From Nitrososphaeria archaeon (GTDB lineage: Archaea; Thermoproteota; Nitrososphaeria; JACIWG01): a DNA stretch of 64,000 nt. The position numbers were made by a program, and so were the translations under genes. The stretch lies in the NCBI GenBank assembly GCA_050011875.1, contig JBEKIG010000014.1, forward strand, positions 1 through 64,000. Reading direction: 5' to 3'. This document shows positions 10,030 through 19,956 of the stretch, piece by piece (the first letter of the stretch is position 1; every line of letters starts with the position of its first letter). The notes beneath the pieces are model-generated. The model searched no databases and was not told the DNA's origin. It saw only the letters and a program-made list of their open reading frames with translations.

Positions 10030-10075
10030 GACAATTTTCTAAAGCACATTAGATCAAGAAAGACAATTTTCTAAA
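10030..10075. repeat. 14-bp direct repeat GACAATTTTCTAAA, 32-bp period
   Basis: Copies at 10030-10043 and 10062-10075 in a long intergenic gap. Confidence 0.7.
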
Positions 10076-10555
10076 CCTTTTTAGCGATAGGGGGCTTGAA
10101 ACTAAATTTCACAACCGCTTTTTATTTTCTTGGGTATGGATGGGTAGACATACACCTAACATTCAACAAACTTTACCGAATTGATTAATGGTATAATTAA
10201 ATAAATAACGTCTTGAGCCGGAATTGTCTAAGGTTTTGGATTCGCATATCAATCTGTTTGCCATTCCGAAGTCGTGGAGAGAAACGATTCAAATAGATCC
10301 CTAATTAATTCGAAGTAAACCTCTGACGCGTTATCTTGATTTTCTCCCATTTCTTTTTCTATACTTCTCAATCTTGATTCTCTAGCTTCTTTAGTTATCG
10401 CTTCCACAATATTTTTTCTTGCGGCTACACCTTCTTGAAATGAGTAAGGTCACAATCGGGTAACGGGTTCTATTGTAACAAAACCTTTTCTTAAGCTTTA
10501 AGCTAAAACGGCAATATTAGCATCAAAAGAAATAGGGAAAATTAAGATGATATTA

Positions 10556-11050
10556 TTAGTATCTTCTTTGCCTGTAACCGCCGCTGCCGTATCCTCTGCC
10601 GCCGTAACCTCCTCCGCCGCCGTATCCTCCGCGGCCTCCTCCCCTATATGGACGATATTCTTGCTCGTAGACTTTATCCGACATATTATTATCGGTTTTA
10701 ACTTCACCTGCAAAAGGTTCTTTAGCAGGTTCCAATGTACCAAGTCTACCGATGTTTAACCGCATGTTTCCCTTAAAGAGGTTGACGTAGCCATTTCCTA
10801 TGCTTATTGTCTCATCTACCTTCACTTTTTCTATGTTGTCGTCCCAAAGAGTTAGAAATACTACTCCCGTCTCATCGCCTATTAGCGCGTCACTCACTCT
10901 ATGTGGGGCACCATCCCTACCTGAAGAAATATCCCTGACTTCACTCTTTGATATCGCCTTTGCCGTGACATTTACTGCTCTCGAATTTGGCGTCAATTCT
11001 CCTATTTTCGCATTTACTGGCTGTCTATTCCCTTGAACATTTTCTGACAA
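10556..11050 (-). CDS. ssb: single-stranded DNA-binding protein, single OB fold with Gly/Arg/Tyr-rich tail
   Basis: IGDETG..LTLWD and LNIGR OB-fold motifs; RGGGRGGYGGGG tail; TTG start. Confidence 0.9.
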   Translation of the reverse strand: MSENVQGNRQPVNAKIGELTPNSRAVNVTAKAISKSEVRDISSGRDGAPHRVSDALIGDETGVVFLTLWDDNIEKVKVDETISIGNGYVNLFKGNMRLNIGRLGTLEPAKEPFAGEVKTDNNMSDKVYEQEYRPYRGGGRGGYGGGGGYGGRGYGSGGYRQRRY

Positions 11051-11216
11051 AATTTCTCAACCTTGATTTCTATCGCGTCTAGTCTAAAGTATCTTCATTT
11101 AAGGCTTTTGTTTGATAGCTTTAGGTTATAACACGAATAGGTAATTTTAATTGAAAATTTGATTTATTTATACCCGAATTCGTAGGCATGTCTACAGTAA
11201 ATTATTTGACTCTATT

Positions 11217-11696
11217 TTAAGCAAGATTGAAAATATTGGAAAGTTTTGACAGATCTTTTTCACTCATCCACTCCGTTTTAAGATATTCTAAAATTTCTAT
11301 GTTAGTCAATCCTATTCTTTTAGCTTCATTGACAGCAGTGCTGTACGCTTCTATTTCTGTTGGCCTATCAACATATGCATACCTGTCGTCGAACAGTTCT
11401 TTTCCTTCTAAAAACTGTCTCACATGAACTAGTTCATGGATTACATCTAGGTAGATGTCCCCCTCGTTACCGTGACCTAGATAGTATGTACTTACCATCA
11501 GATGCCCGTCTTCATTACTTACACCCATATATGAGAATCTTGAGGAGAAGAATTCAACTTTTAATTTATCAAGGACCTTTGTTGTGTCGTTACCAAATAT
11601 ATTTTTCACAGTCTCAACTTTTTCAAACCCTTTGAAGTAATCGGTAAACTTTCTGAATCTTATCTTGGGATTCCTGATTATTGTCACGCCGAACAA
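11217..11696 (-). CDS. small zincin-like protein (HExxH...ExEAY)
   Basis: IHELVHVRQ followed by TEIEAY. Confidence 0.7.
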   Translation of the reverse strand: MFGVTIIRNPKIRFRKFTDYFKGFEKVETVKNIFGNDTTKVLDKLKVEFFSSRFSYMGVSNEDGHLMVSTYYLGHGNEGDIYLDVIHELVHVRQFLEGKELFDDRYAYVDRPTEIEAYSTAVNEAKRIGLTNIEILEYLKTEWMSEKDLSKLSNIFNLA

Positions 11697-11944
11697 TTAG
11701 AGTCACCGAAGTTGTCGATCTCTATCTTAAAAAATTTTTTCAAAAACACAAAATTGGTGCGATAATATATGAAAAGAAGCACATTCAAGCTGAAGAGCCA
11801 AGAGATTATAATCTTTTAGGTTTACTAACTCCTACAATATTTGGATAAACGAAAAGAATTCGCGCAAAACATAAATTTTATTTTAGGGTCCTACAACGAT
11901 TCTTTGTAAATCTGAAATGAAATTATCCAATAAAATTGCACATG

Positions 11945-11982
11945 AACAATATTTATATATTGTTTATATTCTTTAATTAAAG
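11945..11982 (+). promoter_or_regulatory. TATA box within an operator-like palindrome, plus a second palindrome, upstream of the PIN operon
   Basis: AACAATAT-N4-ATATTGTT (11945-11964) overlaps TTTATATA; perfect palindrome CTTTAATTAAAG at 11971-11982; ATG at 11995. Confidence 0.5.
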
Positions 11983-11994
11983 TAGAAGAAGGAT

Positions 11995-12366
11995 ATGGCT
12001 GAAATAAACAAATTTGAGGCAAGCGAAGGTTTTAGGGAATTTTTGGAGGCTTTTTCTTTAGTCATAGATTCCATGGGAGACTATCTTATCAAAATGGGAG
12101 AGGTTGAGAAGAAAGCTAATGTTACGATCACGAACATGACGGAGTTTTTGGGCGATAAAGCAAATGTAGAGAAAATAGTTCAAGTAATGCCTCCTGAAAT
12201 GTTAGCGCTGTTTTTAAAAATCATCTTCCGCGCATCTGCCTTGAATAAAACAGATCCATATAAAGCGACCCCAGATGAAAAAATTACAACAGGTAAGCAG
12301 ATGAAAGAAATAGCAAAGGATGCAGAAGAATTGATCAAACTATGGAAAGAGGGGCCCAAGGAGTGA
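11995..12366 (+). CDS. hypothetical helical protein (gene 1 of PIN operon)
   Basis: 123-aa ORF with upstream purine-rich RBS; next ORF starts 1 nt after its stop. Confidence 0.8.
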   Translation: MAEINKFEASEGFREFLEAFSLVIDSMGDYLIKMGEVEKKANVTITNMTEFLGDKANVEKIVQVMPPEMLALFLKIIFRASALNKTDPYKATPDEKITTGKQMKEIAKDAEELIKLWKEGPKE

Positions 12367-12367
12367 T

Positions 12368-12790
12368 ATGATGTGCAGTTTATATAATTATTCTGAAAAT
12401 TTTAATAGATGTCTTCTAGAAATAATACGATTAACTCAACAGAAAATGTTTGATATAAAGGAAGTCATTTCTAAGATAGGTAATTTTGAGAAACTTCCAA
12501 AATTTAGTAAGGAACTGTCTGCCATACTTATGACATTAGTGATTCCTAGTCGTATAGTCGAACTAGAAGAGAGGAAGTCAGAGATTGAGAGACAGATGTT
12601 TACCTTTCTTCGTCCATTAAGTAGCATGGATTATTTTTCAAGGCTCAAATTACGATTACTCCTCGGCTTACCTGCAAACTTTGAAGAAGATTCTGGGACA
12701 ATTATATCTTTAGATGGGTTAATATCGGGAGTAACTAGCGTGAAAATGGATGTCGTTGAGATAATAAGGAGAATACGGGATAATGAATGA
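12368..12790 (+). CDS. hypothetical protein (gene 2 of PIN operon)
   Basis: 140-aa ORF; ATGA overlap with the PIN gene. Confidence 0.75.
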   Translation: MMCSLYNYSENFNRCLLEIIRLTQQKMFDIKEVISKIGNFEKLPKFSKELSAILMTLVIPSRIVELEERKSEIERQMFTFLRPLSSMDYFSRLKLRLLLGLPANFEEDSGTIISLDGLISGVTSVKMDVVEIIRRIRDNE

Positions 12791-13467
12791 AAAGCCCCGA
12801 TCTCGAAAAAGTGTACGTCGACACTAATATATTGATTACATATTTTTTAGGTAAGAAACGAAATCTAAAAGAAGAAGATTTTGCAGCTGTTGAGGAGTTG
12901 TTTAATAACGCTATTGAAGGAAAATATAAAATCGTAATCTCAAACTTTGTCCTAGCGGAAACTCTCCATGCTTTAAGAAGCATCGTCACCGAAGAAACTT
13001 TCAGAGAACAAGAAAAAGGATTGGCAAGAACCCAACTTTTTAAGATGGCTAATTCTAAAGAATTCTTGGAACAAGTTACTGAGAAAAGCCAAAAATATTT
13101 TCGTGATATCGTCGATAAACTGAGCCGTGACACTAAACATTTCTACTTTGAAGAACCTGGGCTGTCTTACTCCGAGGATATGTTTCGAAATTGTTTAGAT
13201 TTAATCGTAGGTTCATTTGGTACTTTTCGAGTATACGGTTACTATTGTTCATCATGCAATGAACAATTATCATGTAGCAAATGTAAATCGGATAGTAAGA
13301 TTGTATACAAAGGGCTGAATGCTCCTGACCTGATACACGTTCTAATTTCAATAAAGTTAGGTTGCCAACGATTTTTTACTATGGACAAATATTTTAGCTC
13401 AATTCAAGACAAGATTCCTGTAGATATCCAAATAATTGGTTTGAACAAAGACACACCGACTCTTTAA
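12787..13467 (+). CDS. PIN-domain (VapC-like) ribonuclease with inserted CxxC-x6-CxxC zinc finger
   Basis: VYVDTN, LAET, APDLIH and FFTMD supply the four acidic residues; CSSC...CSKC insert. Confidence 0.85.
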   Translation: MKSPDLEKVYVDTNILITYFLGKKRNLKEEDFAAVEELFNNAIEGKYKIVISNFVLAETLHALRSIVTEETFREQEKGLARTQLFKMANSKEFLEQVTEKSQKYFRDIVDKLSRDTKHFYFEEPGLSYSEDMFRNCLDLIVGSFGTFRVYGYYCSSCNEQLSCSKCKSDSKIVYKGLNAPDLIHVLISIKLGCQRFFTMDKYFSSIQDKIPVDIQIIGLNKDTPTL

Positions 13468-13558
13468 CTGCTTTGGATAAATAAAAAAATCTTTTTTCAA
13501 TGTCATATCTATTCTAGAGAAATAAAAAATAGACAAGATTTATAATTCTAATTACAGT

Positions 13559-14413
13559 ATGTTCTTGGGGAATCTAATGGGAAGATTGGATGGAAAGGTG
13601 GCAATTATAACAGGATGTGGCAGGGGGTTCGGGGAAGCTATGGCAAAATTGTTTTCAAAAGAAGGTGCAGCGGTCTCAATATCAGATATTATTCCTGTCG
13701 AGGACCTTTGGAATAGAGTTGGGTTGAAAATTAAGGCAAACAACCATAAGGTTATCTGTTTAAATGTTGATATTTCAAAAGAAGATCAGGTAAACAATAT
13801 GGTAAAGGAAACCATTAAACAATTTGGTAGGATAGACATTTTGGTTAATAATGTCGGAATAACCGGTCCAACAAAAGACTGTTGGAATGTTACTTTGGAG
13901 GAATGGAATCGAACCTTATCTGTTAACATTAATGGAACCTTTTTGTGTACCAAAGCAGTGCTTCCAGAGATGATCGAAAGGAAGAATGGTCGAATCATAA
14001 ATATGAGTTCTATCACAGGGAAAAATCCACTACCACATAGAACACCCTATGCAACATCAAAAATGGGGATAATAGGGTTCACACGCACGTTAGCGGTTGA
14101 GGTAGGCAAATTCAATATAACGGTTAATGCTATTTGCCCAGGTTTACCAGGTGGAGAGCGAAATTTAGAGATGGCAAGGGATCTAGCCGAGTTACAAGGT
14201 AAATCTTTCAATCCTGAAGAATTTCGAACAAAGCTCGAAGAACAACGTCGGAAGGGAGTGCTGGGAGGAAGGTATCTAGTGGGGGAAGGTTACAGTGAAG
14301 CACTTATTTCCCACGACGACGTAGCATATATGGCACTCTTCTTAGCTTCTGATGAAGCAGGCAAGATCACAGGTCAAGATTTTAATGTATGTGCAGGATT
14401 TTATATGGGATGA
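13559..14413 (+). CDS. short-chain dehydrogenase/reductase (FabG-like)
   Basis: TGCGRGFG, NNVG, YATSK and VNAICPG motifs. Confidence 0.93.
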   Translation: MFLGNLMGRLDGKVAIITGCGRGFGEAMAKLFSKEGAAVSISDIIPVEDLWNRVGLKIKANNHKVICLNVDISKEDQVNNMVKETIKQFGRIDILVNNVGITGPTKDCWNVTLEEWNRTLSVNINGTFLCTKAVLPEMIERKNGRIINMSSITGKNPLPHRTPYATSKMGIIGFTRTLAVEVGKFNITVNAICPGLPGGERNLEMARDLAELQGKSFNPEEFRTKLEEQRRKGVLGGRYLVGEGYSEALISHDDVAYMALFLASDEAGKITGQDFNVCAGFYMG

Positions 14414-14542
14414 TTGATGTTATAGTTTCATGGTGGATAATGTGCGATGTGTTATTTTAACATATTTCCTTGACTAAATGAAAAAAAATTGTTCTAAAGA
14501 AATGGATAAGACTTAATACTAAAAGATGTATAGCGCAACATA

Positions 14543-16285
14543 GTGGTTTGGATGATTAGAGGAAAAAATTTAAGTGGTGAGATAGCTGTCGCCAGAGCAA
14601 TAAAAGAATGTGGTATCGATCACTTCTTTTATGTTACCGGCGGAATGTTGATTTCGCCATCCATTGAGAAAGAGGGGATAAAAATGGTTTTGTGTAGAAA
14701 CGAAAAGGCTGCCTGTAATATGGCTGACGGTTATTCAAGAGTAACAGGAAAACCTTCTGTCTGTTATGCACAACATGGCGCTGCTGCTGCGATTCTTGCC
14801 TCCATGCTTTATGAACCGATGTATGCTCATAGTCCAGTAGTGGCTTTTACGGGTTCAGTTCCAACACTTCTAAGAGATCTATGGCAGTATCAAGACTGTC
14901 CTGAAATGCCATATTTCGAAGCCACGTGTAAATTTAATGCGGACGTCACTGATCTATCTAGGATAGGAGAATACCTGCGCGCCGCAATCCAGATCGCGGT
15001 GAGTGGATGCCCAGGGCCAACTCATGTAAACATGCATTTAGATATGGCTTCTGATGTTGCAAAAATGCAAGAGGTGCGCGGCGATAAAACATTCTTTAAA
15101 GTTCCACCCTTTCGCCCTAGAGCCGAACCTGGAAAGGTGCATGACGCCGCCAACCTTTTAATTTCAGCTGAAAGACCCGTCATAATATGTGGCTCAGGGG
15201 TACATCTTTCGGGCGCCTACAATGAAGTAAAAGAACTTGCAGAATTAATTTCAGCACCTGTTGCAACAAACTATAAAGGAAAAGGCAGTTTCCCAGAAGA
15301 GCACCCTCTCTCAATTGGAGTTATGGGAGTCTACGGCAGGGAAGTCACTAACCAAATAATTAGGGAAGCTGACTTAGTATTCTTTATCTCAGTAAGACCT
15401 GACAGTCATACTACAGAAGAGTTCACCGCACCGGAGCCTGATTCGTGTAAAATCATACAATTGGACATCGACCCGGTTGTTATTGGAAGAAAGTACAGAG
15501 CTGATGTAGCCTTAATAGGTGATTGCAAGGTTGTATTAAATGATCTTTTAGAAACTTTGAAGACAATGATTAGGAAGCCCGTTTTAAAAAGTACAAGGCT
15601 ACAGGAAATAGCTAAAGAGTATCTAAGGTATGAAAATTTAATCAGCCCCATGATGGCTTCAGAAGATATTCCAATTAAGCCTCAACGCATGATAAAAGAG
15701 GTTGAGAAATCACTCAAATCAGAAGACATCGTAGTGAGCGACACTGGTCAGATGCTTTGTTGGACAACAAGATTAATGAAGGTAAAGAAAGCCGGTATGA
15801 CCTATATCCCATGTGGCGGAACATTGGGTTCAAGTTTTGCTTTAGCTATAGGAGTATCTTTTGGCGCGAAAGAGGGTCAGAGGGTTCTAAATTTGATAGG
15901 AGACGGCGGTATACTCTACAACATCTCAGAACTCGAGACAGCTAAGAGATGCAAAGACATGCATGTTCCGTTTGTGGCTCTAGTCAATAACAACTCAAGC
16001 CTTGGCCAGACGAGACCTCCCTTTGAGAATTGGGCGCTTAAAGGAGATTTTAAAATCAATCATGCAGACTTCACAGAACTCAACTATGCGAAAATCGCTG
16101 AAGCCTTTGGATGTTATGGAGTAAGGGTTGAAAGACCAAGTGAAATAGCTGAAGCTATCAATGGCGCATTTGACTCAGGAAAACCCGCAATAGTTGATGT
16201 TGTGACTGATAAAAGGGAGTATGCTCCAATAGGGCTAGTTCGCAGAACAAAGAAAGAGGTTTTTCCTGGCGTCCCCTCATATTAA
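14543..16285 (+). CDS. thiamine-pyrophosphate-binding enzyme (acetolactate synthase-like family)
   Basis: RNEKAA catalytic Glu; GDGG...NN TPP motif; 580 aa. Confidence 0.9.
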   Translation: MVWMIRGKNLSGEIAVARAIKECGIDHFFYVTGGMLISPSIEKEGIKMVLCRNEKAACNMADGYSRVTGKPSVCYAQHGAAAAILASMLYEPMYAHSPVVAFTGSVPTLLRDLWQYQDCPEMPYFEATCKFNADVTDLSRIGEYLRAAIQIAVSGCPGPTHVNMHLDMASDVAKMQEVRGDKTFFKVPPFRPRAEPGKVHDAANLLISAERPVIICGSGVHLSGAYNEVKELAELISAPVATNYKGKGSFPEEHPLSIGVMGVYGREVTNQIIREADLVFFISVRPDSHTTEEFTAPEPDSCKIIQLDIDPVVIGRKYRADVALIGDCKVVLNDLLETLKTMIRKPVLKSTRLQEIAKEYLRYENLISPMMASEDIPIKPQRMIKEVEKSLKSEDIVVSDTGQMLCWTTRLMKVKKAGMTYIPCGGTLGSSFALAIGVSFGAKEGQRVLNLIGDGGILYNISELETAKRCKDMHVPFVALVNNNSSLGQTRPPFENWALKGDFKINHADFTELNYAKIAEAFGCYGVRVERPSEIAEAINGAFDSGKPAIVDVVTDKREYAPIGLVRRTKKEVFPGVPSY

Positions 16286-16305
16286 TGGAAAAACAAAAAA
16301 GACAA

Positions 16306-16731
16306 TCAAATGGGGATTTTATTTGTAAAGGCTTTTATTAATTCGGACAGAGTTGAGGGATATTTCATAGCTAATTCGTTTGGAATATGGATGATCTGAT
16401 ACCCCTTTTCTTTAAAGAAACTATCTCTCTTCGGGTTGTCAGAACTCGAGGATTTACTGCCTTCTATTTCAAGTATAATTTTCGTGTTCTTAATTAGAAT
16501 ATCTGCAATATAACACTTGGGTTCACCTTTTATTGTCTGTTCGTTTTTTCTTTCAAAAGGGACCTGAGTCATATATTCCACACCTTTTTTTGTAAGTTCC
16601 CCAATAAGCGCCTGTTCTGCCTGAGTGTACTGTGTCATCGGAAATTCCCCTCTCTTATAGCTATCAGCATCATATTCGAGCTTCAATTTAGCTACATAGC
16701 TCTTGCGTCTCATTCTTTCGTGCTTGATCAT
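16306..16731 (-). CDS. DUF559/Vsr-like endonuclease-domain protein
   Basis: TQAE..L, YIADIL, ILEIEG and RDSFF...GYQIIHIPN pattern. Confidence 0.75.
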   Translation of the reverse strand: MIKHERMRRKSYVAKLKLEYDADSYKRGEFPMTQYTQAEQALIGELTKKGVEYMTQVPFERKNEQTIKGEPKCYIADILIKNTKIILEIEGSKSSSSDNPKRDSFFKEKGYQIIHIPNELAMKYPSTLSELIKAFTNKIPI

Positions 16732-16826
16732 TTTCCACTACCATCTTTGTGTCTGTTAACTATCTTAACATTATTACTTATATATCAAATAACTTATTGG
16801 ATTCTACCGCATTCTTTCTTAAGATT

Positions 16827-18116
16827 TTAAAGGAATCTTGAGAGAACCTCACGACCGATATATCTACCTTTATTTCCTAGTTGTTCTTCTATTCTAAGCA
16901 ATTCATTAAATCTTATATGATCGTCTCCGTCGCACCAGGCTAGTTTACCTTGACCCAGACTCTGTCCTACAATTAGGTGACTTAGGAATGGATCACCTAT
17001 TTCTCCCGAACGTGCGGACGGCATTGTACCGTATCCAGCGGCTTTCGCAATCTTTATAGTTTGAATAGTTTCTGATAGGGTTCCTATCTGATTCGGTTTA
17101 ATTATGATTGCGTTTGCAACATCCATTTCTATACCTTTCTTAAGTCGTTGCGGATTCGTTGTAAATAGATCATCACCAACCAACTGCGTCCTATTGCCGA
17201 GCCTTTCCGTTATGAGCTTCCATCCCTCCCAATCTTCTTCACTAAGACAGTCCTCCATACTGATGACAGGATATTTGCTGCGTACATCTTCCAAAAAGTT
17301 AACCATCTCTTCGCTTGAAAGTATCCTATTGTCTGCGCTAAGATGATATTTACCTTCTTTATACAGATGTGTTGCCGCAACATCGATGTATATAACAAAA
17401 TCTTTTCCAGGCATGAAACCTGCTTTTTCTATTGCATCGGTTGCAACAGATAAAGCCTCGTCATTTGATGAGAATACGGGAGCAAGCCAACCGCCTCCAA
17501 GCCTTGGAAGAGCGTAACCTTTCTTTTTTTCTAATATCTCACGTAATTTCCTGTATACGTATAATGTTGTTTCGTATCCTTCTCTAAAGCTTTTTGAGCG
17601 TATATCATAATATGCAAACTCTTGAATATCTGAAGTTTTGACTTTTTCTCCTGCGTATATTGGGCCACCTACCATGACTAAGAACCAGGCAATTGGCATA
17701 ACCTTCCCCGCACCAAGATGCTCGAAAAGGGGAACTCCTAAAGATTCAGCTGCCGCTTTGACATTTGCTATCGAAGAAGCAATTATAGCATTTCCACCTA
17801 GCTTGGATTTGTCTTCTGTTCCATCAAGCTCGATCATTAAATCGTCTATATGTTCCTGGTCTGTTGAATCCTCACCTCTAAGTTTCTTGGCAATAAGGGT
17901 GTTCACATTGTAGATGGCTTTGGAAACACCCATACCGTAGAAGTATTTCTTATCACCATCCCTAAGATCGCATGATTCATTGCTCCCCCTTGAAGTTCCT
18001 GAGGGTGCAATTGCTTTGCCTTCGCTGCCGTCATCGAGTAGCACTTCCACTTCTACTGCAGGCAAATTCTTAATATCAAATACTTCTCTTGCGTGAACTT
18101 CCTTTATTGCGCTCAT
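16827..18116 (-). CDS. enolase homologue with a divergent active site
   Basis: DKSKLGGNA, QEF, DVAA, MEDC, VGDDL, IKPNQIG, RSGE and NELLRIEE present; GDEGG and SHRS not conserved; likely start ATG 18116. Confidence 0.9.
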   Translation of the reverse strand: MSAIKEVHAREVFDIKNLPAVEVEVLLDDGSEGKAIAPSGTSRGSNESCDLRDGDKKYFYGMGVSKAIYNVNTLIAKKLRGEDSTDQEHIDDLMIELDGTEDKSKLGGNAIIASSIANVKAAAESLGVPLFEHLGAGKVMPIAWFLVMVGGPIYAGEKVKTSDIQEFAYYDIRSKSFREGYETTLYVYRKLREILEKKKGYALPRLGGGWLAPVFSSNDEALSVATDAIEKAGFMPGKDFVIYIDVAATHLYKEGKYHLSADNRILSSEEMVNFLEDVRSKYPVISMEDCLSEEDWEGWKLITERLGNRTQLVGDDLFTTNPQRLKKGIEMDVANAIIIKPNQIGTLSETIQTIKIAKAAGYGTMPSARSGEIGDPFLSHLIVGQSLGQGKLAWCDGDDHIRFNELLRIEEQLGNKGRYIGREVLSRFL

Positions 18117-18307
18117 AGCTTTCACTATCCAATACTTACCTGACAAACCCGATATAATTATTTAGGTCAGTTGCATCGATTTTGATTTGTAAAAAGTTTG
18201 ATCTCTTAAAACAGTGTGAAAGGTTTATAGAACATAACCTATTTGTGTAGCTCCCTTCTTAAATTGTTTAACAATAGGAAATCCTGTCCCTTAGAGTGTA
18301 TTTAACA

Positions 18308-19021
18308 TTAAAAAAATGATTTAAGTTCAGCTTCATGAGGTATTCCGATCTCTCTAACAAAAACCTCGCCTACATACTCTTTCCTTTGCCCAAAACCTTT
18401 TTTCATCTTATGGAACGTTATAGTATAATTCGCCTTCACAGCTACACCACATATTTCGCCTGTTGAGGGGTCCAATCCAGTAGGAGTGTCAACGGCAAAT
18501 ACTAGCTTATTTGCCTTATTTATGGCAACTACTACCGATAGAATTGGATCTCTTAGGGCCCCTTTTACTCCAGTACCAAGAATAGCGTCAACTATGAAAT
18601 CGCATTTTCTTAGCTCTTCTGTGAAGTCTGAAAGTTGCGAGACATCAACTATAGTAAGTACCTTAACATTTTCCATCTGAGTTAATAATGACCAGTTAAC
18701 TTGGGATTCATATGTCCTTATATTAAATGGACTTCCGATCAATACCACTTTTGGTTTTACACCAAGATTTACCAGATGTCGTGTTGTAACGAAGCCGTCT
18801 CCACCATTGTTACTAGTGCCACAAATAACAAGTGCCCTTTTTCCTAGAACATCTGTCTTCGTCGATATAAAATCAGAAGTTCCTGCACCCGCGTTTTCCA
18901 TCATTAGCTTACGATCAAAACCCATTTTTTCTGCATTCTCTTCGATGAATTTCATTTCCTCACTTGTAATTTCTTTAGGCAGATATTCATCTGGATTTCT
19001 TTTTTCTTGCGGCATACTCAC
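18308..19021 (-). CDS. nnrE: NAD(P)H-hydrate epimerase (stand-alone YjeF-N)
   Basis: LMMENAG, NNGGDG, DAILGTG and DTPTG motifs. Confidence 0.92.
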   Translation of the reverse strand: MSMPQEKRNPDEYLPKEITSEEMKFIEENAEKMGFDRKLMMENAGAGTSDFISTKTDVLGKRALVICGTSNNGGDGFVTTRHLVNLGVKPKVVLIGSPFNIRTYESQVNWSLLTQMENVKVLTIVDVSQLSDFTEELRKCDFIVDAILGTGVKGALRDPILSVVVAINKANKLVFAVDTPTGLDPSTGEICGVAVKANYTITFHKMKKGFGQRKEYVGEVFVREIGIPHEAELKSFF

Positions 19022-19056
19022 ATAATATTTAACACTATACGGTATTAAATTTTAAA

Positions 19057-19956
19057 ATGGTTATTGCTAGAGTTCTGTTAACTTTGTTTCGCAAAAGAAT
19101 TTGGCTTAATTATGAAAAACACTTAAATAACGCATTTCTATCCGGCAGTGTTATCGTAATTGATATGTCAACAAGTGAAACTATTTTTGCAACGTATAAT
19201 GATAAAGGTTCAGTTCCTAATACAGAAAATAAAGATCTTAGCACAAAAAATCATAGGGAACAAACGAATGAGACTGTTAAAACTAATGATCTCTGGAAAG
19301 TCTATCGACTAGGAACAGTTGAATACCCCGCCTTAAGTGGTGTTTCAATCACTGTAAAGAGAGGAGAATTTGTTTCAATTGTCGGACCTTCAGGTAGTGG
19401 AAAAACAACCCTTCTTGATTTGATCGGCACATTGGCCAAACCAACAAAAGGAGAGGTATTTATCAACGGTATTAACATTTCAAACTTGAAGGCTAATCGG
19501 TTAGCAACAATTAGAAATAAATCTTTAGGCTTCATCTTTCAGACTTATAATCTCGTTCCATATTTAACTGCAAGAGAAAACATTGAGCTTCCTCTTATGT
19601 CGCTTGGCGTTCCAAGTTCTAAAAGAAAAGAGAAGGCAGCTACTCTTCTTGGTCAACTTAATATGGCGGACAAGGTGAATAAGAAACCTAAAGAGCTTAG
19701 CGGCGGTGAACAACAACGCGTCGCTATAGCTAGAGCTCTTGTGAACGATCCTTCATTAATATTAGCAGATGAGCCTACCGGCAATCTGGATTCTAAAACC
19801 TCAGCAGTTGTTGCTTCCCTTCTTAAGGCTATAAGCACTGAAAGGAATGTGACAATTGTAATGGTAACCCATAATATGGAAATCACAACATATTCTCATA
19901 GAATCATCTACTTAAGAGATGGTAAAATAGAGAAAGAGGAGGTGCTACAAGCATGA
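19057..19956 (+). CDS. ABC transporter ATP-binding protein (LolD/MacB type)
   Basis: [23 protein letters not shown] and ADEPTGNLD; true start probably downstream. Confidence 0.95.
   Translation: MVIARVLLTLFRKRIWLNYEKHLNNAFLSGSVIVIDMSTSETIFATYNDKGSVPNTENKDLSTKNHREQTNETVKTNDLWKVYRLGTVEYPALSGVSITVKRGEFVSIVGPSGSGKTTLLDLIGTLAKPTKGEVFINGINISNLKANRLATIRNKSLGFIFQTYNLVPYLTARENIELPLMSLGVPSSKRKEKAATLLGQLNMADKVNKKPKELSGGEQQRVAIARALVNDPSLILADEPTGNLDSKTSAVVASLLKAISTERNVTIVMVTHNMEITTYSHRIIYLRDGKIEKEEVLQA

Noticed and set aside
10240-10450. Minus-strand open stretch FQEGVAARKNIVEAITKEARESRLRSIEKEMGE...
   Set aside because: Protein-like but has no convincing start and no identifiable family; at most a remnant
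10570-10645. GC-rich CCGCC/CCTCC repeats
   Set aside because: Explained by the Gly/Arg/Tyr tail codons of ssb
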